64,000 nucleotides of DNA. Source: an uncultured virus (IMG/VR IMGVR_UViG_2061766007_000699). Lineage: Duplodnaviria; Heunggongvirae; Uroviricota; Caudoviricetes. The first letter of the stretch is position 1, and each line of letters begins with the position of its first letter. A model generated the notes under the pieces. That model searched no databases. It had not been told where the DNA came from and saw nothing but the letters and a program-made list of their open reading frames with translations. Of the stretch, positions 39,594 through 49,485 are shown piece after piece. The translations under genes were made by a program, and so were the position numbers. Where the stretch lies: the IMG/VR virus record IMGVR_UViG_2061766007_000699, one strand, 5' to 3'.

Positions 39594-42299
39594 ATGCGCA
39601 CATTCAAGAATCTGTATTACGAGCACAAGTCAAAGAAGATAGTTGTTTGGGAATTGGTAGACGGCAAGGAAGAGCGGAACATCTACAAGTTCATTCCGTT
39701 TTTTTATGTGAAGGACGGCAAAGAGCCCACGGTCAAAGACATCTACGGCACACCAATGAAAAAGGTCATGGATGAGACAGGAGAACTCATCAAGACCTAT
39801 AAGTTGGCGGGGTCTCAGATGGCTGAAGGTGATGTGGAAATTGAAACGAAATTTCTGCAAGAGCATTACAGCAACGAAGACCTCAAGTATAACATCAGCG
39901 ATTTCAATGTGGCCTTCATTGACATTGAAGTGGCTTCAGGCAATGGCGGCTTTTTGCCTAATCAGCGTATCAGGGTGAAGAAAACTGAGGACAGCAACGA
40001 AGAAGGTCTGACCATCAAGGAATTGGAGGACATTCCTGACCATAACAACTACTTGGTCTATGATGATGGATGGAAGTTCTTTATCAACTCACGATATTCT
40101 TCTACCGAATTTCCCAAGCCTACGGAAGCCAAATACCCTGTCAATCTGATTTCCGTTTCGTCTAGCAAAACGGGCCGTGTAGCAACTTTCGGTCTAGAGC
40201 CATACACAGGAAACTCCGCTGAAGTTCAAGACTACTACTGCTGTAGAGATGAACAGGATTTGCTATACAACTTCACGGCATGGTTCAAGAATCAGAAGAT
40301 AGACATCCTCACAGGATGGAACATAGACAACTTTGACATTCCATACCTTTACAACAGGTGTGCGAATCTTGGATTGTTGGAAGCGTTCAAGCGGATGTCT
40401 CCTGTCAATAAAGTCAGGGTGAAGAAAGACGAAAACGAGCGTGTCAGCGAGGTCTACATTTACGCCCTGACCGTTCTAGACTACATTGAGCTATACAAGA
40501 AATTCACTTACCATACGGAAGAAAGTTATTCCCTTCAATACATTGGGACTAAGATTGTAGGCGAAGGAAAGACAGAATACGATGGCTCCATCAACACCAT
40601 CTACAAGACCGATTGGAACAGGTTTGTGGAATACAATGTGCAAGATGTGCGCCTAGTGGAAAAGATTGACCACAAAATCAAGTTCATTGAGTTGGCTATC
40701 ACTTTCGCCTACAACGCTCTAGTTCCGATTGACAGGGTGTTCAGTCAGATAGCAACGATTGAAGGCTACATCATGAAGTATCTTCACAAGAACGGAATGG
40801 TGATGCCCAACAGAAACGAAGGTGTGCGAGATTGGTGGGTGGAAGAGGGAATGTTTGAAACCTCTCCTGACCATTGGCAGAATTTTGACATTGGCACAAA
40901 GAACAAATACGAAAATGTGGCTGAGTTCAAAATCAAAGGGGCGCATGTAGATTCCAATCCCGGCTTCTACACCAACTCCCTATGCTTTGACGTAGCCTCT
41001 CTGTATCCTCACATGATTATGCAATACAACATTTCGCCTGAGACCAAGGTCATCAAGCCTACTTCTACGGACGGCCTGATTGAATCCGAAATCAACGGGG
41101 TCTACTACAAGCGAGATGTCAGCGGGGTCATTCCTACCGTGGTCAAGGCCATCTTTGACGAGCGAAAGAAGTTCAAGAAAGAGATGTTCAAGCATGACCC
41201 GCATACCGAGGAATACAAGTTCTACAACACCCAACAGCAAGTCCGCAAGATTCTAATCAACTCCATCTATGGCGCAATGGCTAACAAGTATTTCCATTTC
41301 TACGATGTGGACAATGCGAGAGCCATCACTAGAGGCGGTAGAGTTCTCATCAAGTATCTCTCAACAAACTTGGTAGATTTCCTGACCAATGTTTTCGCCA
41401 AGCACCCCGAAAAACTGTTCCCCGAAGCAAAGCCGTTTACATTCAAGCGGACTCCTCACACTCTGACTGACACTGACTCCATCCATGTCTGTTTGGAAGA
41501 GGTCAAGAGCAACTGTTGTCCTGACATGGATTCCTACAAGTTCCTACATGAAATCATGGAGCCGTATCTAGAAAATTTCTTTGACAAAATCCTCACCATC
41601 AAGGCCAACAAGAAAGGCATGAAACAGGTGATTGACTTCAAGCGTGAAGGCATTATCATCAAGGAATTTGTCTTGGCGAAAAAGAAGTATCTGTCGCTCT
41701 TGGTGCAAAACGAAGACACCATCTATGACCCTCCGTATCTCAAGCCCACAGGTGTTGAAATCAAGCGGAGCGACACACCTCAATTCTGCAAGGAACGCAT
41801 TACCGAAGCGGTCAATGACATCATCACGAATTTGGATAAGGAAAGGAATTTGGATTTGATTCGTGATGCGTTCAAGGATTTCAAGAATCAGGACATTGAC
41901 AGCATAGCGAATGTTGGCTCTGTTTCGGAATACACGAAGTATGCCACTCCTGAGATTGAGAAGACCTTGATTTTCAGATGCGGCACACCAATGCGCAACA
42001 AGGCGGCAATCCTTTACAATCACATGGTGAATGAAATGAAGTTGCCTTTGTCCAAGATTGACAATGGCTCCAAAATCAAATACATCCACATTGTCCCTGA
42101 CTTCAGATACAAGGAAGCCAATGTAATCGCTTGGATTGGAAATTTCCCCGAAGAGTTCAAGGGGCTTTTCAAGATTGATTACGAAAAGCAGTTTGAGACT
42201 TTCCTGAATGTTTTGGAGCGAATGCACGCTGTGATTGGATGGTGTGGTGAAGAAGGAATATCGTTAAAGAAAACGAAAATGAGTTCTTTCATTTCTTAG
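39594..42299 (+). CDS. gp43: Family B DNA polymerase (gp43-like)
   Basis: DIEV, GWN..FDIPY, YNVQD, DVASLYP, KILINSIYG, DTDS and KKKY. Confidence 0.97.
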   Translation: MRTFKNLYYEHKSKKIVVWELVDGKEERNIYKFIPFFYVKDGKEPTVKDIYGTPMKKVMDETGELIKTYKLAGSQMAEGDVEIETKFLQEHYSNEDLKYNISDFNVAFIDIEVASGNGGFLPNQRIRVKKTEDSNEEGLTIKELEDIPDHNNYLVYDDGWKFFINSRYSSTEFPKPTEAKYPVNLISVSSSKTGRVATFGLEPYTGNSAEVQDYYCCRDEQDLLYNFTAWFKNQKIDILTGWNIDNFDIPYLYNRCANLGLLEAFKRMSPVNKVRVKKDENERVSEVYIYALTVLDYIELYKKFTYHTEESYSLQYIGTKIVGEGKTEYDGSINTIYKTDWNRFVEYNVQDVRLVEKIDHKIKFIELAITFAYNALVPIDRVFSQIATIEGYIMKYLHKNGMVMPNRNEGVRDWWVEEGMFETSPDHWQNFDIGTKNKYENVAEFKIKGAHVDSNPGFYTNSLCFDVASLYPHMIMQYNISPETKVIKPTSTDGLIESEINGVYYKRDVSGVIPTVVKAIFDERKKFKKEMFKHDPHTEEYKFYNTQQQVRKILINSIYGAMANKYFHFYDVDNARAITRGGRVLIKYLSTNLVDFLTNVFAKHPEKLFPEAKPFTFKRTPHTLTDTDSIHVCLEEVKSNCCPDMDSYKFLHEIMEPYLENFFDKILTIKANKKGMKQVIDFKREGIIIKEFVLAKKKYLSLLVQNEDTIYDPPYLKPTGVEIKRSDTPQFCKERITEAVNDIITNLDKERNLDLIRDAFKDFKNQDIDSIANVGSVSEYTKYATPEIEKTLIFRCGTPMRNKAAILYNHMVNEMKLPLSKIDNGSKIKYIHIVPDFRYKEANVIAWIGNFPEEFKGLFKIDYEKQFETFLNVLERMHAVIGWCGEEGISLKKTKMSSFIS

Positions 42300-42327
42300 T
42301 CAAATCGTAATCAAAATCTATCCTCTC

Positions 42328-42348
42328 GTTCGCCAAAAATACTATATT
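42328..42348 (+). promoter_or_regulatory. Putative promoter GTTCGCCAAA-N5-TATATT
   Basis: Second copy of the motif, upstream of the modification genes. Confidence 0.55.
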
Positions 42349-42365
42349 TGGCTTAAAAGGATTAA

Positions 42366-43070
42366 ATGATGGAAGTTAAGCCAATTTCGCTTTCAGAGCT
42401 AGACATTGATGATGGTTCCGTAGTGTTGACTATGGAAGACATCAAGTCTGCCGCTGTTGAAATAACCGAGAAGAAGAACAAGCCTCTCTTGGTGAACTAT
42501 CGCCCCATCAAGAAAACCAATCACTTGGTGTGGGGACACAAGTATGTGGAAGCCGCCAAGAAACTGAACATTGACGAGCTACCATGCGTAACCGTGAAGA
42601 TAGACAACTACAAGGAAAACGAGTTGTTCAAGAAAATGAACAACAAGTTGATTGAGTTTGACTACGAAGAAATGGTAGGTCAGTATTGGGTAGACAGGAC
42701 AGTTACCCCCGAAGAAGTCTACACCAACATCAGGAATGTCTTGATTTACGAGCCAAATGGCGGCTACAATCCATCTCTAGAGGAATGTATTGACCTAGAG
42801 GAATACAACAGGGCTTTGGCGGACATTCGGAAGATGAGCGGACTGACAGACGAAGAGAAGAAGATTGCGGAACTGTTGGCCACTAGATTCATCAAGTTCA
42901 ACTTCTCGTATATCGCTGACAGATATGTGAACTCTAGCAAGGAAGCTAGGAAGATGTATGAGCGCATGTTGGCCGTCATCATTGATACGGACAATGCCAT
43001 TCAATACGGGTTTCAGAAGTTGGTCAAGGGTGTATTCACTCACGGCTATCAATCATACAGCGGTAAGTAG
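42366..43070 (+). CDS. Degenerate ParB-like domain plus helical domain that accompanies TAGT-type glycosyltransferases
   Basis: LVWGHKYVEAAKKL..ELPC; C-terminal FNFSYIAD...VIIDTDNAIQYGF. Confidence 0.65.
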   Translation: MMEVKPISLSELDIDDGSVVLTMEDIKSAAVEITEKKNKPLLVNYRPIKKTNHLVWGHKYVEAAKKLNIDELPCVTVKIDNYKENELFKKMNNKLIEFDYEEMVGQYWVDRTVTPEEVYTNIRNVLIYEPNGGYNPSLEECIDLEEYNRALADIRKMSGLTDEEKKIAELLATRFIKFNFSYIADRYVNSSKEARKMYERMLAVIIDTDNAIQYGFQKLVKGVFTHGYQSYSGK

Positions 43071-44051
43071 ATGTTGCCAATAGACTTTGATAGCATTGAG
43101 ATAGAAGAGCGAAATACAGTTCCGCCTGTGTATATTCTGACACATGGCCGTCCTGACTTCTGTTTCAAAAACACCTACTCTTCTCTTGTTCGCCACGGCT
43201 TTACGGGTCAAGTAGTCTATGTTGTAGATGACGAGGACGATACGATTGAAGAATACAGAAAGCTACCCGGTCAAGTTGAGCTGTTCTCCAAGCGTAATCT
43301 GATGAAGGAAAAGAACTTTGACACATTCCTACCGCACACGGATGAACTCTACAAAGCCGTTCTTTATGCTAGATATGCTAGCTTTGAAATCGCCAAGAGA
43401 CGGGGAGACAGATACTTCTGTATGATGGATGATGACTACAAGTGGTTTGAAGTCAAAATGCACATCGGTCAAAAGACCCTGAACTTATACTACCCATCAA
43501 ACATAGACAGATTGATGAATCTGACTGTTGACCTTTTGAAAACAACAAACGCTTCTGTTGTAGCGTGGTCGCAAAACGGAGATTTGCTTTCTAGCAGAAT
43601 GACTTATGCCAATTTGAGAAAGGCCATGAATGTCTTTTTCTTTGACACCGAAAAGGCATACGATTTCTTTGGTGCGTTCAACGAGGATGTCAACTCTTAT
43701 GTTTCATCAGGTAGGAGCGGAAAACTCATTCTCACAGTTCCGTTCATTCTAGCGAAACAGCATTTTACTCAAAGCGTGTCGGGCGGTATGTCTGATTTTT
43801 ACGAGAAGTTCGGAACTTATGTCAAGTCATTCTTCTCTGTAATCGCCTCACCGTCTTCTGTTCTCATAAGCAGAATTGGAGAAACGGAAGACACATACAG
43901 AATACACCACAATGTCAAATGGGAACATTGCGCCCCTAGAATCCTCTCGCCCGATTGGCAACAGCGCATGAAGGAAAAGGGATATACGGGGACACGAGCA
44001 AGACTGAACAGGAAACATGTTCAGACAAAAATCAACAAGTTCATTTCATAA
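43071..44051 (+). CDS. TAGT/GREB1-like GT-A glycosyltransferase, putative DNA modifier
   Basis: VYILTHGRP, VVDDED, MMDDDY, NEDV and GGM...Y...GTYVKSF. Confidence 0.78.
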   Translation: MLPIDFDSIEIEERNTVPPVYILTHGRPDFCFKNTYSSLVRHGFTGQVVYVVDDEDDTIEEYRKLPGQVELFSKRNLMKEKNFDTFLPHTDELYKAVLYARYASFEIAKRRGDRYFCMMDDDYKWFEVKMHIGQKTLNLYYPSNIDRLMNLTVDLLKTTNASVVAWSQNGDLLSSRMTYANLRKAMNVFFFDTEKAYDFFGAFNEDVNSYVSSGRSGKLILTVPFILAKQHFTQSVSGGMSDFYEKFGTYVKSFFSVIASPSSVLISRIGETEDTYRIHHNVKWEHCAPRILSPDWQQRMKEKGYTGTRARLNRKHVQTKINKFIS

Positions 44052-44072
44052 CTCACAAACAACGAGGTAAAC

Positions 44073-44786
44073 ATGAATCACCAAGTCAACTATTCACCTG
44101 TCGCTCTTCAGGTCATCTCTGAACTGACACCAATCTCCAACAAGGTGCCTTGGCAACGCTCAGAAGACAAGCAATTCGTTGAAGTCCTGAACGCTGACGA
44201 AATCAAGTCCGTCTGCTACTACTTCAAGGCACCCAACAGTTGCTTTGACTTTGCGGGGGACATGTGCTCTTTCCATCAGTATTCCGATTTCTACAATCTC
44301 TTCAACACTCTTGAAAACCCAGTCATCTGTCAGAATGACTATCAGATTGAGATGTCTTCAGGGAAGGCCAAGATTAACTACCGTCTCGCAAACCCCGAAG
44401 TGGTCAAGGCCCCGTTCAAGAATGTCGCTTTCAGCAATCCTGACGCTTCGTTCAAGATGTCTAGCGACTATCTCAAGAGGCTTCGTAGTCTTTCGGGCAT
44501 GAACTACATCAATGCCGACCGCATTAGCTTTGAGTTTGACAACAACACGGTTACTACTACTCTGTTCGCAACGAAGGATGAAAATACTTTCGTTGACGAA
44601 ATTGAAGCGACTACCAATGGGACTAAGTTCTCAGTTACTTTGGACATCAAGGCATTCTCCAAGATTCCTCTTGCTGACTACAATGTTGAAGTGATGTCTG
44701 CGGGTCTGATGAAGTTCTCCATGATTCGTGAAGACGATATTGTGGTAGAAATCTACATCGCTGACCTTGACGAAGACGGTGAATAA
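44073..44786 (+). CDS. gp45: Sliding clamp (gp45-like)
   Basis: Size, replication-block context and KINYRLANP...ADYNVEV pattern. Confidence 0.75.
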   Translation: MNHQVNYSPVALQVISELTPISNKVPWQRSEDKQFVEVLNADEIKSVCYYFKAPNSCFDFAGDMCSFHQYSDFYNLFNTLENPVICQNDYQIEMSSGKAKINYRLANPEVVKAPFKNVAFSNPDASFKMSSDYLKRLRSLSGMNYINADRISFEFDNNTVTTTLFATKDENTFVDEIEATTNGTKFSVTLDIKAFSKIPLADYNVEVMSAGLMKFSMIREDDIVVEIYIADLDEDGE

Positions 44787-46535
44787 TTGAATATCGTATT
44801 TGAGAAAATACGGTGGCGAAACATCCTTTCCTATGGGAATAATTGGAATGAATTTTCCTTTAGGAAAGGATTGAATACCGTTTGTGGTGCCAATGGTGAG
44901 GGCAAATCCTCACTCATTGACATCCTTTCGTTTGGTCTTTACGGACAGCCCTACAGAAAAATCAGGATTCCTGAATTAATCAACAGGACAAACAAAAAGA
45001 ATTGCGTTGTTGAAATCTTCTTCAGAAGAGACAATGACCGCTATGTAATCAAGCGTGGGCTCAAGCCAAATGTCTTTGAGATAAACAAGAACGATTCCAA
45101 TGTGGAAATGCTCTCCTCAAAGGCACTTAACCAAAACGAAATAGACAAAATTCTAGGTGTCAACTTCAGCTTGTTCAAACAGGTCATCGCTCTCTCCATG
45201 AACTTGACACAGCCTTTCTTGGCCATGTCAACGGGCGAAAGAAGAACCATCATTGAGACCGTCTTCAACATTGAGGTGTTTGGGGACATGAACAAGATGG
45301 TCAAATCCAATCTCTCCGACCTGACCACAAATCAGACCATCAAGCGAAACGAATTGGAGGCGTTGAATCACACACTCCGCTCCAATGAAATGTCGCTGAA
45401 GGACTTTGAATCCATAGAACGGAATTGGGAAACAATCAAGGCGGAGAACATTGCGAGGATAAACAAAGACATCGCTGAGATTGACGAAAAGATTGCTACC
45501 TGTGTATCCAACATAGAGACGGGCAATTCATCTCTTTCAAAACACACCTATGCGGATGTCAGCGAGGAGCGCAAGCAAGCAAATTCAATTAACAAAGAAG
45601 TTGTGGAAATTGAGTTTGAACTAAAACAGCTCAAAAACGATTTGTCATTCATCACCGATAACGATGTTTGCCCCAAATGCGGACAGCCGTTTACGGAGGC
45701 TCACAAGGCCGAAAGCGTTGGCACCATCACCACTAGCATGACTGAAAAGGAAACCCGTCTGACGGCTCTCAGGGCCTCCTACAGCGAGTTGGATAAGGTC
45801 ATCAAGGAATCGGACACCAACAGAGACATTTGCGTTAAAATCCGCTCCGCTGTCGCTAGGGAAACCGACAAGAAAGCAGAGTTGGAGCGCAACAGGAAGA
45901 AGAAGGAAACTGAGTTGGAGACGGCTCAAAACGAAGAGCGAGTAAAGCCATCTACCGATTACAGAGCCGAAGTAGCGAAAACTAAAAATTCCATAACTGA
46001 GTGTGAGACAAAACTAAACGAAATCTCACATGAAATCACGATTGCGAAAGCCCTCAATCAGATTCTTTCGGACAGCGGTATCAAGCGTTATTTCCTCAAG
46101 ACCTTTTTGCCTCTGCTGAATGAGCGAATGAATGCGAGATTGTCCGCCTTCAACATGCCGTTCAAGTTCAACTTTGACGAAAGCATGGAGGCGAACATCA
46201 TACCTGTCTTTGGCCATCATGAAGTTGTTTCCTACAACTCATGCTCCGAAGGCGAGAAGAAGAGGTTTGACATGGCCGTTCTTCTTTCCTTCATTGAGGT
46301 CATCAAAATCATCTCTAATTGGGACTGTAACATCATATTCTTTGACGAATTGCTAGACTCCGCTGTTGACAAAAACAACTTGGACTCCCTCTTTGATGCC
46401 ATCAGGGAAATCGTAACCAACAACGAACAGTGTGCATACATAATATCACACCGTGGTATAGAACAGAAGAAGTTTGACCATGTGTATCTTGCTGAGAAGA
46501 AAGGAAGATTCTCAACGATAGAAGAGGTAGTCTGA
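44787..46535 (+). CDS. gp46: Rad50/SbcC-like recombination ATPase (gp46)
   Basis: NILSYGN, GANGEGKS, CPKCGQ hook, SEGEK, FFDE and ISH. Confidence 0.95.
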   Translation: MNIVFEKIRWRNILSYGNNWNEFSFRKGLNTVCGANGEGKSSLIDILSFGLYGQPYRKIRIPELINRTNKKNCVVEIFFRRDNDRYVIKRGLKPNVFEINKNDSNVEMLSSKALNQNEIDKILGVNFSLFKQVIALSMNLTQPFLAMSTGERRTIIETVFNIEVFGDMNKMVKSNLSDLTTNQTIKRNELEALNHTLRSNEMSLKDFESIERNWETIKAENIARINKDIAEIDEKIATCVSNIETGNSSLSKHTYADVSEERKQANSINKEVVEIEFELKQLKNDLSFITDNDVCPKCGQPFTEAHKAESVGTITTSMTEKETRLTALRASYSELDKVIKESDTNRDICVKIRSAVARETDKKAELERNRKKKETELETAQNEERVKPSTDYRAEVAKTKNSITECETKLNEISHEITIAKALNQILSDSGIKRYFLKTFLPLLNERMNARLSAFNMPFKFNFDESMEANIIPVFGHHEVVSYNSCSEGEKKRFDMAVLLSFIEVIKIISNWDCNIIFFDELLDSAVDKNNLDSLFDAIREIVTNNEQCAYIISHRGIEQKKFDHVYLAEKKGRFSTIEEVV

Positions 46536-47221
46536 TGATTTATTGCGACAAATCCAAGTTCAAAGAGCTGATACAGATGTATCAGTATCTTTCTGATGAC
46601 ATAGACGATTCATGGCTTGACAACTACAAGGTAATTCTGCCTAACAAAAACATGACCGAGGAACAGTTGGCGAAGTTTAAGGTCAACAAGGAAAACTTCA
46701 TCGCTTGGAAGAAGGCGCAATATGCGGAAAAGAAAAAGCGTCTCTCCAACGAAAAGGAAGAGAATAAGGAAGAGCGACACAAGATTTTGCGAACTGTGGA
46801 AGACGGCCTGTGCGAGATGGTCTTCAAAATCATTGACGGGGTATTGAGCACATCTTCTTTCTTCAAAGTCAAATCAGACTATGACCTCATGGAAGACATG
46901 CGCTCAGAAGCCGCCTTGATTGTGTGGAAATACATTGACCGATTTGACAGCAGAAAGCCAAATCCGTTCGCATACTTCACCGAGGTAGTGAAGAACTCCA
47001 TGAACTTGACTAGAAAGAAGGAATACAACTACAGGCTCAGCAACATCTCTTTCTCTTTCATTGAATCCTTTGACACTGACACCGAGAATTTCTCCAACGA
47101 AGATGTCCTGAACAAGATACCCAAGTTTGTGGTGAATGATGTGAAGAAGGAAAGAGAACAGATTATCGGGTCAATGGCGAAATTCTTGGAAGGTGCGGAT
47201 GAAGATAGCACTAATCGCTGA
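46535..47221 (+). CDS. gp55: Late-transcription sigma factor (gp55-like)
   Basis: EDMRSEA...KYIDRFD...NPFAYFT. Confidence 0.88.
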   Translation: MIYCDKSKFKELIQMYQYLSDDIDDSWLDNYKVILPNKNMTEEQLAKFKVNKENFIAWKKAQYAEKKKRLSNEKEENKEERHKILRTVEDGLCEMVFKIIDGVLSTSSFFKVKSDYDLMEDMRSEAALIVWKYIDRFDSRKPNPFAYFTEVVKNSMNLTRKKEYNYRLSNISFSFIESFDTDTENFSNEDVLNKIPKFVVNDVKKEREQIIGSMAKFLEGADEDSTNR

Positions 47222-48245
47222 CCTACACTTCGGTGTCAAGAAATCAGCTGACTACTTCTTTGATTCTCAGCTGAAGTTCTTTGAAAATCAGTTTTTCCCA
47301 TACCTTGACGAGCATGGGATTAAGGACATTTTCATTCTTGGCGATATTATGGATAACCGAGACCATATCAATGTCAAGATACTCAACAATGTCTTCAAGT
47401 TGTTCCGAGAACGATTTTCCAAATACAACACTAGGGTAATCGTTGGCAATCATGACAGTTACCTGAAGACCGACATCAAAATCAATTCGGTCAAGATGTT
47501 GGAATCCATAGACAACATCCATGTCTTTGACGAAATTGCCGTTGATGAAGACATTGAGAAGAATACAGGCAAGAAAATCACTATGGTGCCGTGGGTAGTG
47601 GACATTGAAGGATTCAATAATTGGCTGAATACCAACATTCACGGGGATTACTGTTTCGGACACTTTGAACTTTCGGGCTTCAGTCTGATACCCGGCTACC
47701 TTGCGAAATCCGAAAATGACCCGTGTCATCTCTTGAGTTGCTTTGACCGAATTTATACGGGCCATTTCCACAAGCGAGAACGAAAGGACTTCAGCGGAAA
47801 ATTCGTTGAATACATTGGCTCTCCGTATCAGATTACGAGAAATGACATCAACACCAAGAGAGGATTCACCATCTTGGATGTGGAAACGGGCGAAGAAGAG
47901 TTCATAGAAAACACCCAATCCATCAAGTTCATCCGCTACACCTACCCTGAGAAGATAAACCCCGAAGAGGTCAGGGGCAATGTCGTGGATGTAACCGTGA
48001 TGTTCTCCGATACCGAGAATGACGAAGCGTTCCTGAAGTATGTCGCTGAAATAGAGTCTGCGGGGTCAGTATTCGCCCCAACGGTGAAAATCATTGACGA
48101 GAATGCGGAGAATCAAGAGGACATTGTGATTGAGCACAAATCCATTGAGACCGTGATGAAGGAATACATAGATACGCTAGAATATGAAGAAAAGGAAACC
48201 ATTTACCTGAAGCTATTAGAGCTGTTCAACAAGGCTACCGAATGA
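47199..48245 (+). CDS. gp47: Mre11/SbcD-like nuclease (gp47)
   Basis: DLHFG, LGD..DNR, GNHD, GHFE, GHFH and GSPYQ. Confidence 0.95.
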   Translation: MKIALIADLHFGVKKSADYFFDSQLKFFENQFFPYLDEHGIKDIFILGDIMDNRDHINVKILNNVFKLFRERFSKYNTRVIVGNHDSYLKTDIKINSVKMLESIDNIHVFDEIAVDEDIEKNTGKKITMVPWVVDIEGFNNWLNTNIHGDYCFGHFELSGFSLIPGYLAKSENDPCHLLSCFDRIYTGHFHKRERKDFSGKFVEYIGSPYQITRNDINTKRGFTILDVETGEEEFIENTQSIKFIRYTYPEKINPEEVRGNVVDVTVMFSDTENDEAFLKYVAEIESAGSVFAPTVKIIDENAENQEDIVIEHKSIETVMKEYIDTLEYEEKETIYLKLLELFNKATE

Positions 48246-49435
48246 TGACGAACAACAACATCATAGTTCCACCGAATGTCATAAACACAAATCCTCATGT
48301 CGGTCAGATACCGAAGATGGATAATCCGAAGCTAGTCCTAAGCGTTCAATCCGATTGGGGCGGACAGGGTGTCATCAGAAATAATTGGGTCTTCAACACC
48401 TTCAATCTCATTTGCGCTAGACGAAAGGCTTTCATAGTTCAGTGGATAAACTACTATCCGATTCTAGGCCGTGATTTGTCCAAGGCTTCTGTCCTTTGGC
48501 TACAGAGACAATCCGCTCCCGAACAGGTAGCGAACATCAAGGAAATCAACAGGTGTCGCAATCAGTTTGGCGGTATCAAGATGATAATGGATAACGATGA
48601 CCTGATATGGGGCTTCAATGAAAAGATGGGCGGAGACAAAAGACACGGCATTCCTGTTTGGAATCCCGCCCATTCGGTCTACAACAAACAGATTCAGAGT
48701 CTGTCTATTGAGGGGATGAGCTACATGGATTTGCTTTCCTTCTCAACGGAATTTCTTGGCGAGTATGTGAAGAACGAGCTAGGGGTCAAAACACCTTATG
48801 TTGTAGTTCCGAATACGGTGCCGTGGGCTTATTGGGGCAAGACCGAGCGACCTCCGATTACCGAAAAGATTGTCAAGCCGAAGGTCATCTATACGGGTGC
48901 TCCTCAGCATTACGATAACACCAACAAGCTCAATGGCGATTGGAACAGAAGTTGGATTAAGTGGGTGAAGAACTCCGTAAATAGAGGCACCATTGACTTC
49001 TATTGCGTTGGCGGTCTTCCGTTTTTCCTTGAACCCATCAAGGACAAAATCAAGGTCTTTCCTTGGGTAGACATTTTCAATTTCCATCTTCTAATCAAGA
49101 GCATTGCACCTGACTTCTGTATCAATCCTCTGTATAACTGCGATTTCAACAAGGCCAAGTCAGACTTGAAATTCGTTGAGTCCTGTGCGGCGGGTATGAT
49201 ATGCGTTGGCACTGTCTTCAAGAAAGACGAATGGAAGGGGCCATACAAGGAAGTTCCTATTCAGATTTCCGAAGACTGCTCCGAAGAAGAAATTGAAGGC
49301 GCAATCAGAAAGGCATGTGAGCCCGAAGAGTTCAACAGAATGCTGAGATACCAATACGATTGGGTTGAGAAGAACGGGCGATACACCGAAAGCCCCAAGT
49401 TCATAAATCATCTAGCACAAGTGCTAGGTAGTTGA
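48242..49435 (+). CDS. Glycosyltransferase (GT-B-like)
   Basis: LQRQ, DNDDL and PL...FNKAKSDLKFVE. Confidence 0.8.
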   Translation: MMTNNNIIVPPNVINTNPHVGQIPKMDNPKLVLSVQSDWGGQGVIRNNWVFNTFNLICARRKAFIVQWINYYPILGRDLSKASVLWLQRQSAPEQVANIKEINRCRNQFGGIKMIMDNDDLIWGFNEKMGGDKRHGIPVWNPAHSVYNKQIQSLSIEGMSYMDLLSFSTEFLGEYVKNELGVKTPYVVVPNTVPWAYWGKTERPPITEKIVKPKVIYTGAPQHYDNTNKLNGDWNRSWIKWVKNSVNRGTIDFYCVGGLPFFLEPIKDKIKVFPWVDIFNFHLLIKSIAPDFCINPLYNCDFNKAKSDLKFVESCAAGMICVGTVFKKDEWKGPYKEVPIQISEDCSEEEIEGAIRKACEPEEFNRMLRYQYDWVEKNGRYTESPKFINHLAQVLGS

Positions 49436-49460
49436 CGAAGAGCTAGAACTTTGCTATACT
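49432..49460 (+). promoter_or_regulatory. Sigma70-type promoter TTGACG-N17-TATACT
   Basis: Near-consensus elements, 17-bp spacer, extended TG. Confidence 0.8.
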
Positions 49461-49485
49461 TGCAAGACAATCTTTTGGAGAAGAC

